A DNA stretch of 64,000 nt from Monocercomonoides exilis PA203. Taxonomy: Eukaryota > Protista > Preaxostyla. Each line of letters starts with the position of its first letter. The stretch's first letter is position 1. Below the pieces are notes generated by a model. That model made no database searches and was not told the DNA's origin. It was given only the letters and a program-made list of their open reading frames with translations. Below are positions 9,401-18,606 of this stretch, piece by piece. The position numbers were made by a program, and so were the translations under genes. Location: NCBI GenBank assembly GCA_001643675.2, contig LSRY02000035.1, positions 868,001 to 932,000 of the forward strand, read 5' to 3'.

Positions 9401-11045
9401 GTCTCCATTGACAGCATATGTATTCACTGGCCAATCAGGATTGAAAACAGGAGTTGGAATGGATCTTTATGATGCTTATCCAGAAGCAAGAGAAATTTGG
9501 GACAAATGCGATGCTCACTTTATGGATCAGCTTGGCGTTTCGCTCTTGAAGATTATTCGTGAAAACCCAGTATCATACAAAGTTGACTTTACAGACGGAG
9601 AAAGAGGAAAAGAGCTGCGCAAGAAGTTTATGAATCTGAGAGTTACTGACGACGATGAGGTGATGAAAGAGGTGCATGCAATTGATCCAACAATCGATGC
9701 ACGCGCATTCCCAACAGTCAACGAAGATACAGCCCATTACACTTTCTACTCTCCAAATGGACTTCTGAACATGACTCACTTTGCTCAGCCAATCATCATC
9801 ATCTACGAGTATGTTGCTTTGGCTATTCTGAATGCACAGAAAGAGAAGAGCGGAGGAAAAGACAGCAAGCACAAAGTGAATCATCTGTTCTGCGGACATT
9901 CATTGGGTGAATACTGTGCACTGACCGCAGTTGGTGGCATTGCACCTGCCCACGAAATGGCCATGGTGTGCTTCATCAGAGGAATGGTGATGCAGACGTG
10001 TGTGCCTCGTGACAGAATCACCCACATGACAGACTACGGAATGGCAGCTGTGTCTCCACTGCGTGTTGCTTCGTGGTTCAAGATTGAGCATCTGAGGAAA
10101 GTGATGGAATGCACCATCAACGCCTGCGGAGGCAGACTCCTTCAGATTGTGAACTACAACGTCTACAACGACCAGTATGTTGTGTCAGGTGAGCGATATG
10201 CCATCTGGCAATTGGGACTTGCACTGACCCACGTCGAAGAAGAAAGCAGAAAGAGACTCGACAACCCGAAGTCGAAGCTGAGCGGAGAAGCACTCGCTGA
10301 TTCAGTATTGGCTGATATTGAAACTGTGTGCTATGAGCATATCTTCCAACATCCATTCACTCAAACTCCACTCGAAGTGCCACGTACAACATCTGTGATG
10401 CCTCTGAAGGGTATTGACATGCCATTCCATTCTCGCCTTCTGAGAAAAGTGGTTCCATTGTTCCGATCATTCCTTGACTCCAGACTGCCAACAGTTGACA
10501 AATTCGATTATGCAGGCACATTGGTTGGGAGATTCATCACCAACACATACAGCAAAGAAGTGTTCTCTTTGAATCTTCCATATGTGAGACAGATCTTAGC
10601 AGTGACTGGATCACCTTATCTTCGCGATGCCATGGGACAGCTTGTCGATGAAAGCATGAACGAGATGGTGATGAGATATGAAATGAATGCAGCTGTGAAG
10701 AAAGAAGGAGAAGCAGCCAAGCAGAGATTCCCGCAGTGGCTGAGCATGACACCCAACGAGCGCTGTCGTCTGATTCTCAGAGAATCCCTTTCCTACCAGT
10801 TTGCCTCGCCTGTGCAGTGGATTGATGCCCAGAACACGCTGATGGGCAGCAAGATTAAGAGAGTTGTTGAGATCGGCCCATCAAAGACACTCTCAACAAT
10901 GTTCTCAAAGTCTATTTTGAAGGCCAAAGCAAGCGCAGAAGGAGACAGAAAGGCATTGATCAAGGAATTAGACCAGATTTCTGTATTTACATTCAGCACA
11001 GATAAAGATGCACTTATGAAAATGGCTGAAGAAGAGACCGAGTAA
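447..11045 (+). CDS. Iterative type I highly-reducing PKS/FAS-like megasynthase, KS-AT-DH-cMT-psiKR-ER-KR-ACP plus C-terminal fungal-FAS-type MPT domain (3532 aa, single exon; start may be ATG 465)
   Basis: KS triad DTACSS (~1008), ESHGTGT (~1420), VGHLE (~1540); AT GQGSQW and GHSLGE (~2403); DH DHCLQGNIVVP (~3480) and PPFLDSCLQ; MT ILEVGAGTGGTT (~5195) and ANVVHAT; ER LIHAATGGVG (~7120) and GKHIGKVVL; KR GQANYASAN; ACP GLDSL (Ser ~9048); MPT VFTGQ..GMDLY, GHSLGEY (~9894), DMPFHS, YQFASPVQW, VVEIGPS. Confidence 0.95.
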   Translation: MACFWNMSSDELLGPQDPVAVVGLGARLPGGANSPEQFWKLLLEGYDGISDIPKERWDGAYFHDPENLGLVGKSIQNKGGFLKGYNIDEIDLKFFYLSPREAKTLDPNQRLLLEVTYETFENAGVPLEHISGSRTGVFVGISATDYSHLQFPDINTIDVHTQTGVSTSINANRLSYFYNLIGPSFIVDTACSSTLVALNCACQSMRTRECDSALCGAVNLMMYPEISIGFSKLGVLSPDGHCKAFDAKANGYVRSEGCGMVLLKRLSDAERDGNRIYAVIRGTHVGSDGHYQQQMTSPSEQQQAVVLREILKKSSIQSADVGYVESHGTGTFVGDPIECRSVSSVLNIGRKDDEHILIGSVKSNVGHLEPAAGIVSIIKVSMCLKEKMIPATISVKKPNPNIDMQKLNLKIVTSHMKYPEGRNGMPRTAVISAFGFGGTNGGCVMQEYTGNKGLKDVPSGLKEIEREELFILSARSVDALKGYAKKLAEFMSSHSCPPIQHIAYTLGCHRTQHKQCRLAFIARSKEEAVKELNAFVNDEKDTGAVQTRFTSMMPSEKKRKLCLVYCGQGSQWFGMGRALYRENVVFREWMDRIDNCLKEAGADYSIVEEIITGTEETSHVDQVEYLQPIFFAIQVCVYKVMEAAGLKPDAVVGHSLGEIAAAHVSGALSIEDATKVAWERAKGQKFCNGMGHMAAVTGEYADLKRLIEGRGVDIAGHNAPTRWNISGETAGMDEVERIATEGEETPVRVRRLLVDEPMHSQFVDLIHDQLVGGLKNIVPQRPTIPLISTYTPQQKDFKMDGKYWWASLRSPVQFMDAILEMVRRTSAESDAEEEEAEKEGEEEGEDNSHHDHRETEWVFLECGPHNVLRTFLGEIMGSEGKPFIYVPTLLRKAENERLLMLRTLANMFSLGYNLDLKNSVFIPYNTYYETKARVLFEESSLSTKEDVPQYYYVPNLPLYAWARTKCWNESPVQHEHRLGSSDNHPIARIRQDTLNPCWQSDISTSHIPWVVDHCLQGNIVVPGVTFVECILTCGRRVFGDRPFWLRNVHFKNAFYMNKGDVMRVNISLDPIYKEGSRSSTVDAYNVTLSSRVLPKGEYQVNCAVVIEAEDSIAEKEKAAVKKVPGLPPNFQISHPSQAFDDIDLDAFRKLCPIEIPTDQFFSQLWEDGLELRRQLRLCRKIWINDRNNPLMSIAYIEVNPETTEEELGRWGFMYPPFLDSCLQSGLSAREKRGAFFPVEAYRARFARSVPKTARHCWALSRKDPVTGRLSMTCCDDEGKVYGSLQDVLIRYLESGKRGTKLGMIGGTETPVFEHKWEYLSTIPAHGIEEETGDSPLPSPEDPAFVASCDDMMRKIGAEFHTQEMADVIIPLNNMLTNAIVLEVFRTKLNLWKQEAELIRSKKIDVSAIKAVPVKQLAESVNILPFYHRLFLLLCRYLSEAGYLALSLIPEAQQKAKSEPTFFIENYVAAPLAPFFHDETQPLPHNEDCEALTAEILSRFPQMRPSTMLMMDVGRKMKDVIVDGEKAVTLIFKDKGLADAVYRDDGEVRTFNYVAQGVLACLIKTMKEKEKKEGEATSDKPLKILEVGAGTGGTTAYLMELLDPLTTTYTYTDISASFFGTAKQRFARYASFMNFKTLNIEEQPIEQGFEPHSQDIIVAANVVHATTDLSVTLSHIQQLLKPGGHLILLEALNGLRWLDIVFGLTDGWWALQDKQFRQHPLLTPAMWTDILKRSGFESSHVFSEWKEFGTNGARMGRVGIPVAQTPKTSQKQKEELQASMNAKQEETLKKIQTEAPTTSAIVFAEERNVVSGAVISSLLRDGHYVIAALKQKTQLSSADFLKEICTKPVDHSKNHLLLSQNEISVLAANFHVMFVEEAATSRAGYDAIFKHITEASKPPVVSIVHGWSLDLPAMADTEKEIMQGFELNVYSPLYLVHTLSDVSKTSAVSSHITTWGVTQGVWTVDGASRPGTVGVGQATLWGLNRCILNELGSVHPRSIDLSLHPDQTELDSFISVIVSTAFDAKTKCNSVVSSSSQTAETSAVVPLYETEIAIRGNKCFAQRLIQHQHSDELHLINQIAPSSEGCYALTTPTNNKLILEERKRLDVIPAGEVEVHVAASGIVYRDIMMWSGRLPENARQGSNVGLEFAGVVSRVGEGVTNVAVGDRVFGVGRECASSYTVVHSTNIGKAPSTYSWDQLGGIGLELITAYYSLVTVGRMKKGDYVLIHAATGGVGMCALSLCRCFGAIPICTTRSEMKKRFLEYMGVKHIVSSEDTSFCEKARALTPNGRGVDIVLNSLPGQENIHAGLAALAKGGRFVEIGKVDLYGGTMISLQPFIGNVSYNVVAIDQKILDDDDQLGPIFEDCSKLLFEGTFIPPPITSYPLSQAEDAYNFFKEGKHIGKVVLSPVSLSFAPTAIPPVRSILPLSSQGSYILSDGTYLVTAGTAGFSFELAVGLLERGAKHLALSSRSGAGDINRQRQFEALRKKYGAEVRVFSCDSSSAEQTREMLAEIRRSMPPLRGLIHGAMLLHDGYMINLDHKAFFEVLGPKSLGAWLLHDDTVKHNDPIEQFIVLSSLNVVVGTHGQANYASANMFLDGLVQHRRAQGLPAMSVQWGVLGGVGYVHRNSSTLGANMSQFGFRAFSPQWANRMLHTCLEAQADIEEEHVGNLPAERALSAALAQQQADAFKSIPVGLLPASLRPENEASHPSHFFEGAHNRNNIVAARKVFRFPSSVPTSVGVFNVSWEPLFEFMSALPETGRFKYIKQELEKDLQMSGKKKKSGGSEGLSVTEKGLAGLMDDGADSTGAGESSLDESLTVSEKLKTITSEEEAIAFLSRAIAAQSAQVLGISSSETISLDVPLSQYGLDSLTAVEMKNWTEKQVKVDIPVVDFVRGPSSDQLAHSMLTKFYESYGRPKASAAQAEASDSSKAATSSHPSASASSASASAASSASSSAFDSASGGATISVDKDAPVLEEKEEEKPKRKSPLTAYVFTGQSGLKTGVGMDLYDAYPEAREIWDKCDAHFMDQLGVSLLKIIRENPVSYKVDFTDGERGKELRKKFMNLRVTDDDEVMKEVHAIDPTIDARAFPTVNEDTAHYTFYSPNGLLNMTHFAQPIIIIYEYVALAILNAQKEKSGGKDSKHKVNHLFCGHSLGEYCALTAVGGIAPAHEMAMVCFIRGMVMQTCVPRDRITHMTDYGMAAVSPLRVASWFKIEHLRKVMECTINACGGRLLQIVNYNVYNDQYVVSGERYAIWQLGLALTHVEEESRKRLDNPKSKLSGEALADSVLADIETVCYEHIFQHPFTQTPLEVPRTTSVMPLKGIDMPFHSRLLRKVVPLFRSFLDSRLPTVDKFDYAGTLVGRFITNTYSKEVFSLNLPYVRQILAVTGSPYLRDAMGQLVDESMNEMVMRYEMNAAVKKEGEAAKQRFPQWLSMTPNERCRLILRESLSYQFASPVQWIDAQNTLMGSKIKRVVEIGPSKTLSTMFSKSILKAKASAEGDRKALIKELDQISVFTFSTDKDALMKMAEEETE

Positions 11046-11424
11046 AACAAAGGAAATTACAAATAAATTTAACCAATGAGAAAAATTAAAAACTAAGTTC
11101 TGTAAAATTTACAAAAGTCATTTGTCTCTATTTACCTTTTTTGATAAATCATTTCTTTTCTCGTTCTCAATCATATCAATAGCTTAGATCTCTAAAGAAT
11201 ATACGTATTATTCACTTTAGTCTTCACTCCATTTTACCAATTATTTTTGTGTTTTCTATTAATGATTTCAGCGGATTGTATTTTAGCGATATTTAACCAA
11301 CAACGCGCATTCGAAATCATGAATATTTAATTGTTATTTTTATATCTTACCAAGTCTCATTAAACATTTTTGTTCATTATTTTGGGAATTAAGATCAACA
11401 ATAAGTTTAGATTCAAAATTTTTT

Positions 11425-14400
11425 ATGGATGATGAATTTGTTCTTCCTTCCAAGCTGAATATTGATGATTTTTTATCGGTTATATTTAAATTTCATAAGA
11501 TTTTTTAAAATCAATTTATTCTTTATGCTTAAACACGATTTTAAATCGAAAAATTTGAATTTATTTCAGGCTCGGCAACAAGAGATCGAACAATTAAAGC
11601 AACTTATTAGAGCGGTATGATATATATTTTTGAAAATTTACATTTTGGCTTTTTTATTTTTTTTGTGATTTACAGAAAAGAAGAGAGAAAAATACTCGTT
11701 CTTTCCAAACTTTGCCTCGTTTTCTCAGAAGAAGGACACAAAGTCACAACCTTCATCGTGTTCCAGCATCAATAAGATGCTGGGCAGAAAAAGAATTTAA
11801 GGCGAGCCCCCCAAATCATCACCCACCGTCAAGGAAGAAAAGAAGATTTACAAATCATCTACTTCATCCTGATTACCGTTGGGCAAGAGAAAGCGTCGAA
11901 GATCGAAAGTTGGATCCAACACAACAGTCTTTGATAACACCTTCAAGCAGCTCAGAAGAAAAGACTTATCTGGATATTCACAACACCAATAGAGGTGTTT
12001 GGCTTGAAACTCACATATGGCATGCAAAAAGATTTCATATGGAAAACAAATGGGGATTTATGCTTGCAAAAAGTCCGACATGCAAATCATACACACAAAT
12101 ACATAAAGCACTATCTGAAGGTTGTGTGCTTCATGATGCTTCATATCTTACTCCTCTTCGAGTAAAAGCATCTCATGCAGAACTAGAGGCACTGTTGAAA
12201 AAGTCTGTTTATTGTGAAACCTGTGATTTTTCCGATACGTTATTTCTTGCGGGAGGGCGAGAAGTTCTTGGCCTGCTTCATTGGAGTAAAGGAGATAATG
12301 ATTTTTCAGGTCCTGCTCCAGATGGAATAATAGGAAGAGTTGGTATCATGTACGGATATGAATTGCCGAATGAAAACAACGATAATCAAAGCACTTCATC
12401 TGCAGCGGACTCGTTGGATTCTCTTCCGTTGAACGGATCATCATCTTCTTCATCTGAACAGGAATTTGACATTAATACTTCAACTTCTTCTTCTCCTGCA
12501 CCTTCGGTTTTGTTTTGGATCCATCCAACAATGCGCGCAGAAGCTATAGCTGCTCTCGTTCTGTGTGCAGTTGAAATAGAGAAAGAACGGATGCTCAAAG
12601 AATCAGCGGAAGAAATGCAGAATCAACAGCAACCGATGGACGAAAAAGAGTCAGCTGCGGAGAAATTGCAAAGCAAAATGAGAAAACGACTACGACTGTC
12701 ATTTCCGCGACTGCAAAAGCCGCTTAGCCAAGCGGTTCCATCGCCTTTAAACAAATTGAGGAGAAAGAAGCTTCGGTCAAGTTCGAGAAAAAGTGCAAGA
12801 GACTCAAACCAAATTAGAAAGGCATCACATGCAGAAACTTGGTATGCGGGGAATTTTTCGATTGCGGATGAAAGAAAGAGGCTATGCAGATTTCAGCTGA
12901 GAGGAGCGCAGGCGCTGCTTATGCTCCAGACAACTTTGTCACCATTTACAGTTAGACCTGATGATGAAGGCAACCAATTCTCAAATCAATCTTCGCTTTG
13001 CAATTCTTCTTCTATTCTTTCGTTGACTGACGACACATTCATCCAATCTTCACTTCACTCATTGCATCAATCGCTAATCACATCATTGCCTCCTCAAATT
13101 CAGACTCCCTCATTCCGTCAGAGCCTTCTTCGTCAGCTGGAGCAGTGGCGCACTCTGCTCTTTCTCCCATCTTCATCATTTCTCACACCGCAGCGCTGTA
13201 TCCTGCCATTCACTGTGACTGACCCGCGGCTTCGCTTGTCTGTCTCCGTCTTTTCATCATCCAAGAAAAGGGCAGCATTTCGTCTACCGACTGCTGTTCT
13301 CAGAGCACTCGCATTTCTGGCGCAAACAACGAACGAAGTTGTGTTGAGAGAATGGGTGGGCAAATGGGCAGAGCAGAAGAGATACAAGCAGCAGAATCCA
13401 AAAGAGTTCTCAAAGGTGAAAGAGGAACCAACAGTGGGTGCGATGGCTCCACTTCCAAATGGCCTTCCTCAGCCTGCTCAGAAGCGAAGGTTCGTTTTGC
13501 CAGATGATGATGAAGCAACCGAGGAGTTTTGCTGTTATGCCACTTCTCCCTCAAAGTGGATTGGCGGAATGACGCAGCATCGTCCATCTGAAGAATCTTC
13601 AGATGCTTCCTCCTCTTCTTCTTGTTCAATGTCTGTTGATGATCCTGCGTTAAGCGTCAAGTCTACTTCGGCTGCTCCTGAACGTTCTGCTCAAACAGCT
13701 GCAGTTGCCTCTCAATCATCCTTGACAAGCAAAGGTAGTAATCTGATTCCTCTTGTCAGTCCTCTTCATACTTCTTCACTTCTGTCGTGGATGTCATCTC
13801 CTGACCATTTTATAAGAACATCGCTTCTTTCCGAAATGAAATCAATGAATGTGATAAAGGCATCACAATCATCATCATCTTTTTCTTCTTCTGATGCTTC
13901 AACAGTCAATGATGAAATTTCCAATGGATCAGACTTGCAGCAACAACATTCGAAAGCTCAAACTTCTTCTGCATCTGTTTCTTCTTCTTTTTCTTCTTCC
14001 ACTTCAGTTAAAAACCATGTTTCTCTTCCATATTCAACGAATGCCTCAATTTCTCAGATGTTTATCGTTGCAGATGAATGCATTTCTGATTGGGTTCACA
14101 GAAGAACATACAGATTTGAGGAGAAAAAGAAGCAAAAAGCGAAAACGAAGGAAAAGCGAAGAAAAGCGAAAGAAGAAATAAGATTGAGGAAAAAAGAAAA
14201 AGCAAAGAAAAGGAAGGAAAAATTGAAGAAGAATAAGCAAAATTCTTCAGTTCAAAATGATGTTGTATCAAAGGATGCAACAACGCAGCCTGCAAATGCA
14301 TCTGAAGCAAAAACCGGAGAAATGGAAATAGAAATGAAAGATGAGGCTGAAAATGCATCTGATTTGCAATCAACGACGAAAGAAGTTGAATCTGGTACCA

Positions 14401-17400
14401 TTCAGCCAAAAGAAAAGGATGTGAAAAAGCAGCAAAAAAGACCCACATCTAAAGTTGTTTCGCAAAATAACAAACCGAAAGTCAATCAAAACAATTCAAT
14501 AACATCTTCTTCATCAACAATGGCTTTGGAGGAAGCTCCCTCAAAAGAGCCACAACCTCAGCATCGCAATCCTCCAAGCAGATATCCAGTCACACGGTGG
14601 AACCCTCCACAGCACCCGCTCTGCCTTACTCCATCTATCCTCGTTGTGCAACAGCCTGGCGTCTATATTCCGAAATTGTATGCAATTACCTCGCAAATAC
14701 AAACAAACGAAGACGGAAGCGTTACAGTTTTGGATGATGCTGAAAGGAAAAAGCTGAAGAACAAGAGGAAGAAAGAGAGGAAAAGAGCAAAGATGGAAAG
14801 GGAAATGGAAGAATTGACAAGGAAAAAGAATGAACAAAAAGGTCAAAGCAAAGAATCGAAAAACAAAACAGGAGCAGCTAAATCGCAAAAAAAGAATATG
14901 AGCAAAACAACGGAAGATACTCATTCAAAAGAAGATGAAGAGAAAATGGCTGAGAAAGAGAAGCTCGAAAAGGAGAAGAAAGAATTGGAAGCATCCATTT
15001 TGAAGGGACTTCTTCCAGAAAAGCCAAAAGTGAATGAGAAAAAAGGAAAGAATAACCAAAAAAGAAACAAGAATCAGCAACTCATTGTTCATTTGGAAGA
15101 CGACACAAAAGAAATAAAGTCAAATGAAACACAAACAAAAAAACGGAGTGCGAGTAAATCAAACGAAAGATCAGCTGCAGAAATTCAAGAAAAGAATATG
15201 TCCAAAGATTCATCTGGAAATGTCAATTCTTCGGAATTGATCCGAGACTCAAGTTATTCACAGAAAAAAGATGTTCATTCAAAGACAGTTTCTTTATCTT
15301 CATCAAATGATCAGAATTCGAAACATTTCTTTTCTGCTTTATCTTCGCCTCATTTTTCGTCTTCTTCCTTTTCTGAGACACAGCCATTGCTTCCTCTGGG
15401 TGGTGTGGATGTTATTCTCCCTTCACAATTTTCACTTCCATTCTTTCATTCGTTTGTGAAGGCTGGAGCTCTTCCGATTGGAATCGATGATGTTGAGTGG
15501 CTGAATGTTGATTCGTCTTCAGTCGGAATATGCACAAAATGTGAAGATTCAACATTGACTGATACAGACAGAACTTTATCTTTGTCGTCGCCTTCATCTT
15601 CATGTGATCCTTCAAATACCACAATTACAACAGAAAACTGTTCTACTCAAAATACTTTGCAATTATCGCAAACGACCAATTGTTTCAGTCAACCAACACT
15701 TTTATTCCCACTGTCTGCGCCAACATTTTTACCTGACACAGCTTCATTCTCTCGTCTATCTGCTTTGGAACATTATAAGCTTTTGGCCAAGCATGCAAGT
15801 CGGCCACCTTCTGCTCGCATAAATTACGAGAAAAAAGGAATTGACTTTCCATTTACGTGCGAATGGAAGCTTCTTTTTAGTGAGGAAGAAGCAAACGACA
15901 ATCAAAACAATTCATTAAATGCAATTGCAATGAGATCAGAGCCAGCCAAAGAAAATGCATCATCCGCAATCATTCAATCAAATTCTGAAGAGGAAGCAAG
16001 TACAGTGGAACATTTAAGCCACGAAAAGAAAGAGTTGCTAACAGACAGCGAACTTACACGAAGATTGGAGGAGAGAGAGAAAATGGAGCGGAGATACGAG
16101 GCAATGAAAAGGCAACTTAAAAAGGTCGAAAAATTAAGAGCTATTAGACGAGCCCGTCTGGGAGTTGAGAGACAAGATATTAGAGTTATTTATAAGAATT
16201 TGAAAAAAGAAGAAACAAAGAAAGAAGATGAAAAAATAAAAGAAGTTGTTGAAGTTAAAAAAGCTTTTGTTGAAGAAACAAAAAATATGGAAGAAGAAAA
16301 ACAACATAACGACAAAGACACAGAAAGAAATGCAGTTTCAAATGACGTTTCACAAGCAACAACCGAACCAGAAGCAAAAACTTTGTCAGCTGGTGTAAAT
16401 GCGAAAATTGACTCAAACTCAGAAGAGAGATCAGATAAAGCATTGTCGCTTCAGCCAACATCAATTTCTTTGGAAGTGAAAGATGTTCCTTTACCTGATA
16501 ATCCTTCTCCATTTGGTGGTAAAACAGATTCTTACATTCTTCCTCCTCCACCAATCGTCAAAGTTACGTTGTCTCCTCCTCCTCAGCCACTCACAGTAAT
16601 TCTACCATTTTACAAAGAAGCTTTTGTCAGGCCATATGAACTCGATGAGAGAGTGCTGATGAGGATGGCAGAGTACAAATGGAACGAAAAAAAAACAAAT
16701 GTGCCAGCGTCTTTGACAGGTAGCGCTGAACAAATGTGTTTAAAGAAAGCTGAAATACACAAAAATAAGATAACTGTAATCAGAAATATGTTGTTTCTTT
16801 CTTCTGTTTTCCCCGTTATTTCGAAATTTCATCCAATCCATCGAACTTTTCCAAATCGAAAAGGAGGTTTATATACTGATCCAATAATTAAAGATTCTTC
16901 CACAAAAAGAAAAGAAGACGATAAATCAAACAAAGAATCAAATGAATATGAAGATGAGATCGAAACGGATTTACTGAATGCAGAAGTGGCAGATATATCA
17001 TTCATTAAACCTATGAAACGATCAACTTTTGAACAGTTATCAGAAAAAGATTTGACAGAGAATATTAATAAGTCTTCAAGCATAAAACAGGATCGCTCAG
17101 AGGAATCTGACATTACTTCTGTTACGTCTTTCATTTCTTCAGCTAATACAGAGATGTCTTTTTGTACCACCTCTTCTCCACAATCCAACGATCATAAATT
17201 GGAATGCTTTGAAAGGACTGATCAATCAAATGTTTCTGCTGATATTTTCTCCACATCAAGCACAGATGAAAGTGTTTTTCAGAGAATGCCTTCTTTTTCA
17301 CTTGTTGCAGTATCGATTCGTTGCCTTTGTGGATCGTTGCCACCATATTCGCAAATATTTTCCCCACTTATTACAGATCACATTGCATTTTCATTATCGG

Positions 17401-17737
17401 GATATAATTGGAGGGGTGTGGATATTTCCAAAAAAGAACAACGAAGAAGACGAATGATGCTCGGCTTTGTTTTATCCGGGCATCATTCATTTTTGCATGG
17501 TGGAATCAGCGTTGGAATTGGCTTTGTTTCCGCGAGGAGATTATGGAAGCATCAGGAGATGGTAAATTCTTTAAGGTTAGCAATTGTTTATATTTTTATT
17601 TATTTGCTTTAACTTAGTTTTTATTTTCTATTTTTAGGAAAAGCAGTGATAACCCTGAGCATTTTCATTTGGCTCTTGTTCAACCTCCAAATTCTTCGGC
17701 TCTTTTTCCTGTAAATCTAACCATAACAGCATTATGA
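11425..17737 (+). CDS. POP1: RNase P/MRP protein subunit POP1, ~2032 aa; exons 11425-11478, 11570-11614, 11676-17575, 17638-17737
   Basis: GT-AG splicing joins MDDEFVLPSKLNIDDFLS-ARQQEIEQLKQLIRA-KRREKNTRSFQTLPRFLRRRTQSHN; POP1 motifs WLETHIWHAKRFHM, LHDASY, GGVDVILP, RPPSARINYEKKGIDFPF, LGFVLSGHHSF; spliced length 6099 nt is a multiple of 3. Confidence 0.88.
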
Positions 17738-18606
17738 ATGAGAGAATTGTAGTGATGAAAATTCTATTGTCTGGCAAAATAGCGTTTTCTTTTTCAATAT
17801 TGAAACCACCATTAAAATTTTGTTTTCTCTCATTTGAAATACAAAACTTTAGGAATTTTTGAGGTGATTGTGCGAACAAATATTTTGATGAAGAGAATTT
17901 TATTCAAATAACAAAACAAATTAATGTTGCTATTTTTTTTCTATTTTTCAAAAAAGAGAGCGAATGCTTTATGATTTATTTAATGCAAGTCTGAGAATTC
18001 TTTCAATTGGATAGTCTTTCGAATGGAGCAATTTTTTATCAACAGAAATTGAAAAAAAAGTTGCCTCAGGCAACGAAGCACTCGATAACTTACGGAACTT
18101 TTGGAATCAAACAAGACATATGGAATTCTTATTTTCAAAAGTTTTCTTTTTAATTTTTTTTATCTAACAAACAGAAAATTTTCAATTAAATTAATGCACT
18201 CCTGAAAACTATGGTTCTGAAAAATGAATGAAAATTTCTATGCATGTTATAAATTAATTGTTCACTAACAATGTCAACGTTGCATTAGCATTGTTTCACT
18301 AACGTCAATATCCTTCTCTTTCGGTTAAATGTAGTTTGTTTCTTTCATAATTTTTCTATTTTGCAAAAAAATGCAAAATGCAAAAGATGATCGAAAATCC
18401 ATTTTTTCTTTTGCAATTTTTACAACTATTCTGTAATTCCGTGATGATCTTTTTTGGAAACAAATGCAAATTTGAAACATATGCAGTCTGATCAAGCAAA
18501 TTAAACATGTATTTATAATCACATACACACACGAATATATATGTTAATTCATGTGATTTTTATATAATAGAAAAAAAAATAAATTATATAACGATCCTTT
18601 GTGAAT

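Noticed and set aside
1-18000. Biosynthetic gene cluster around the PKS
   Set aside because: The downstream neighbour is housekeeping POP1; no PPTase, carboxylase, tailoring enzyme or transporter seen. Sequence upstream of the window is unknown
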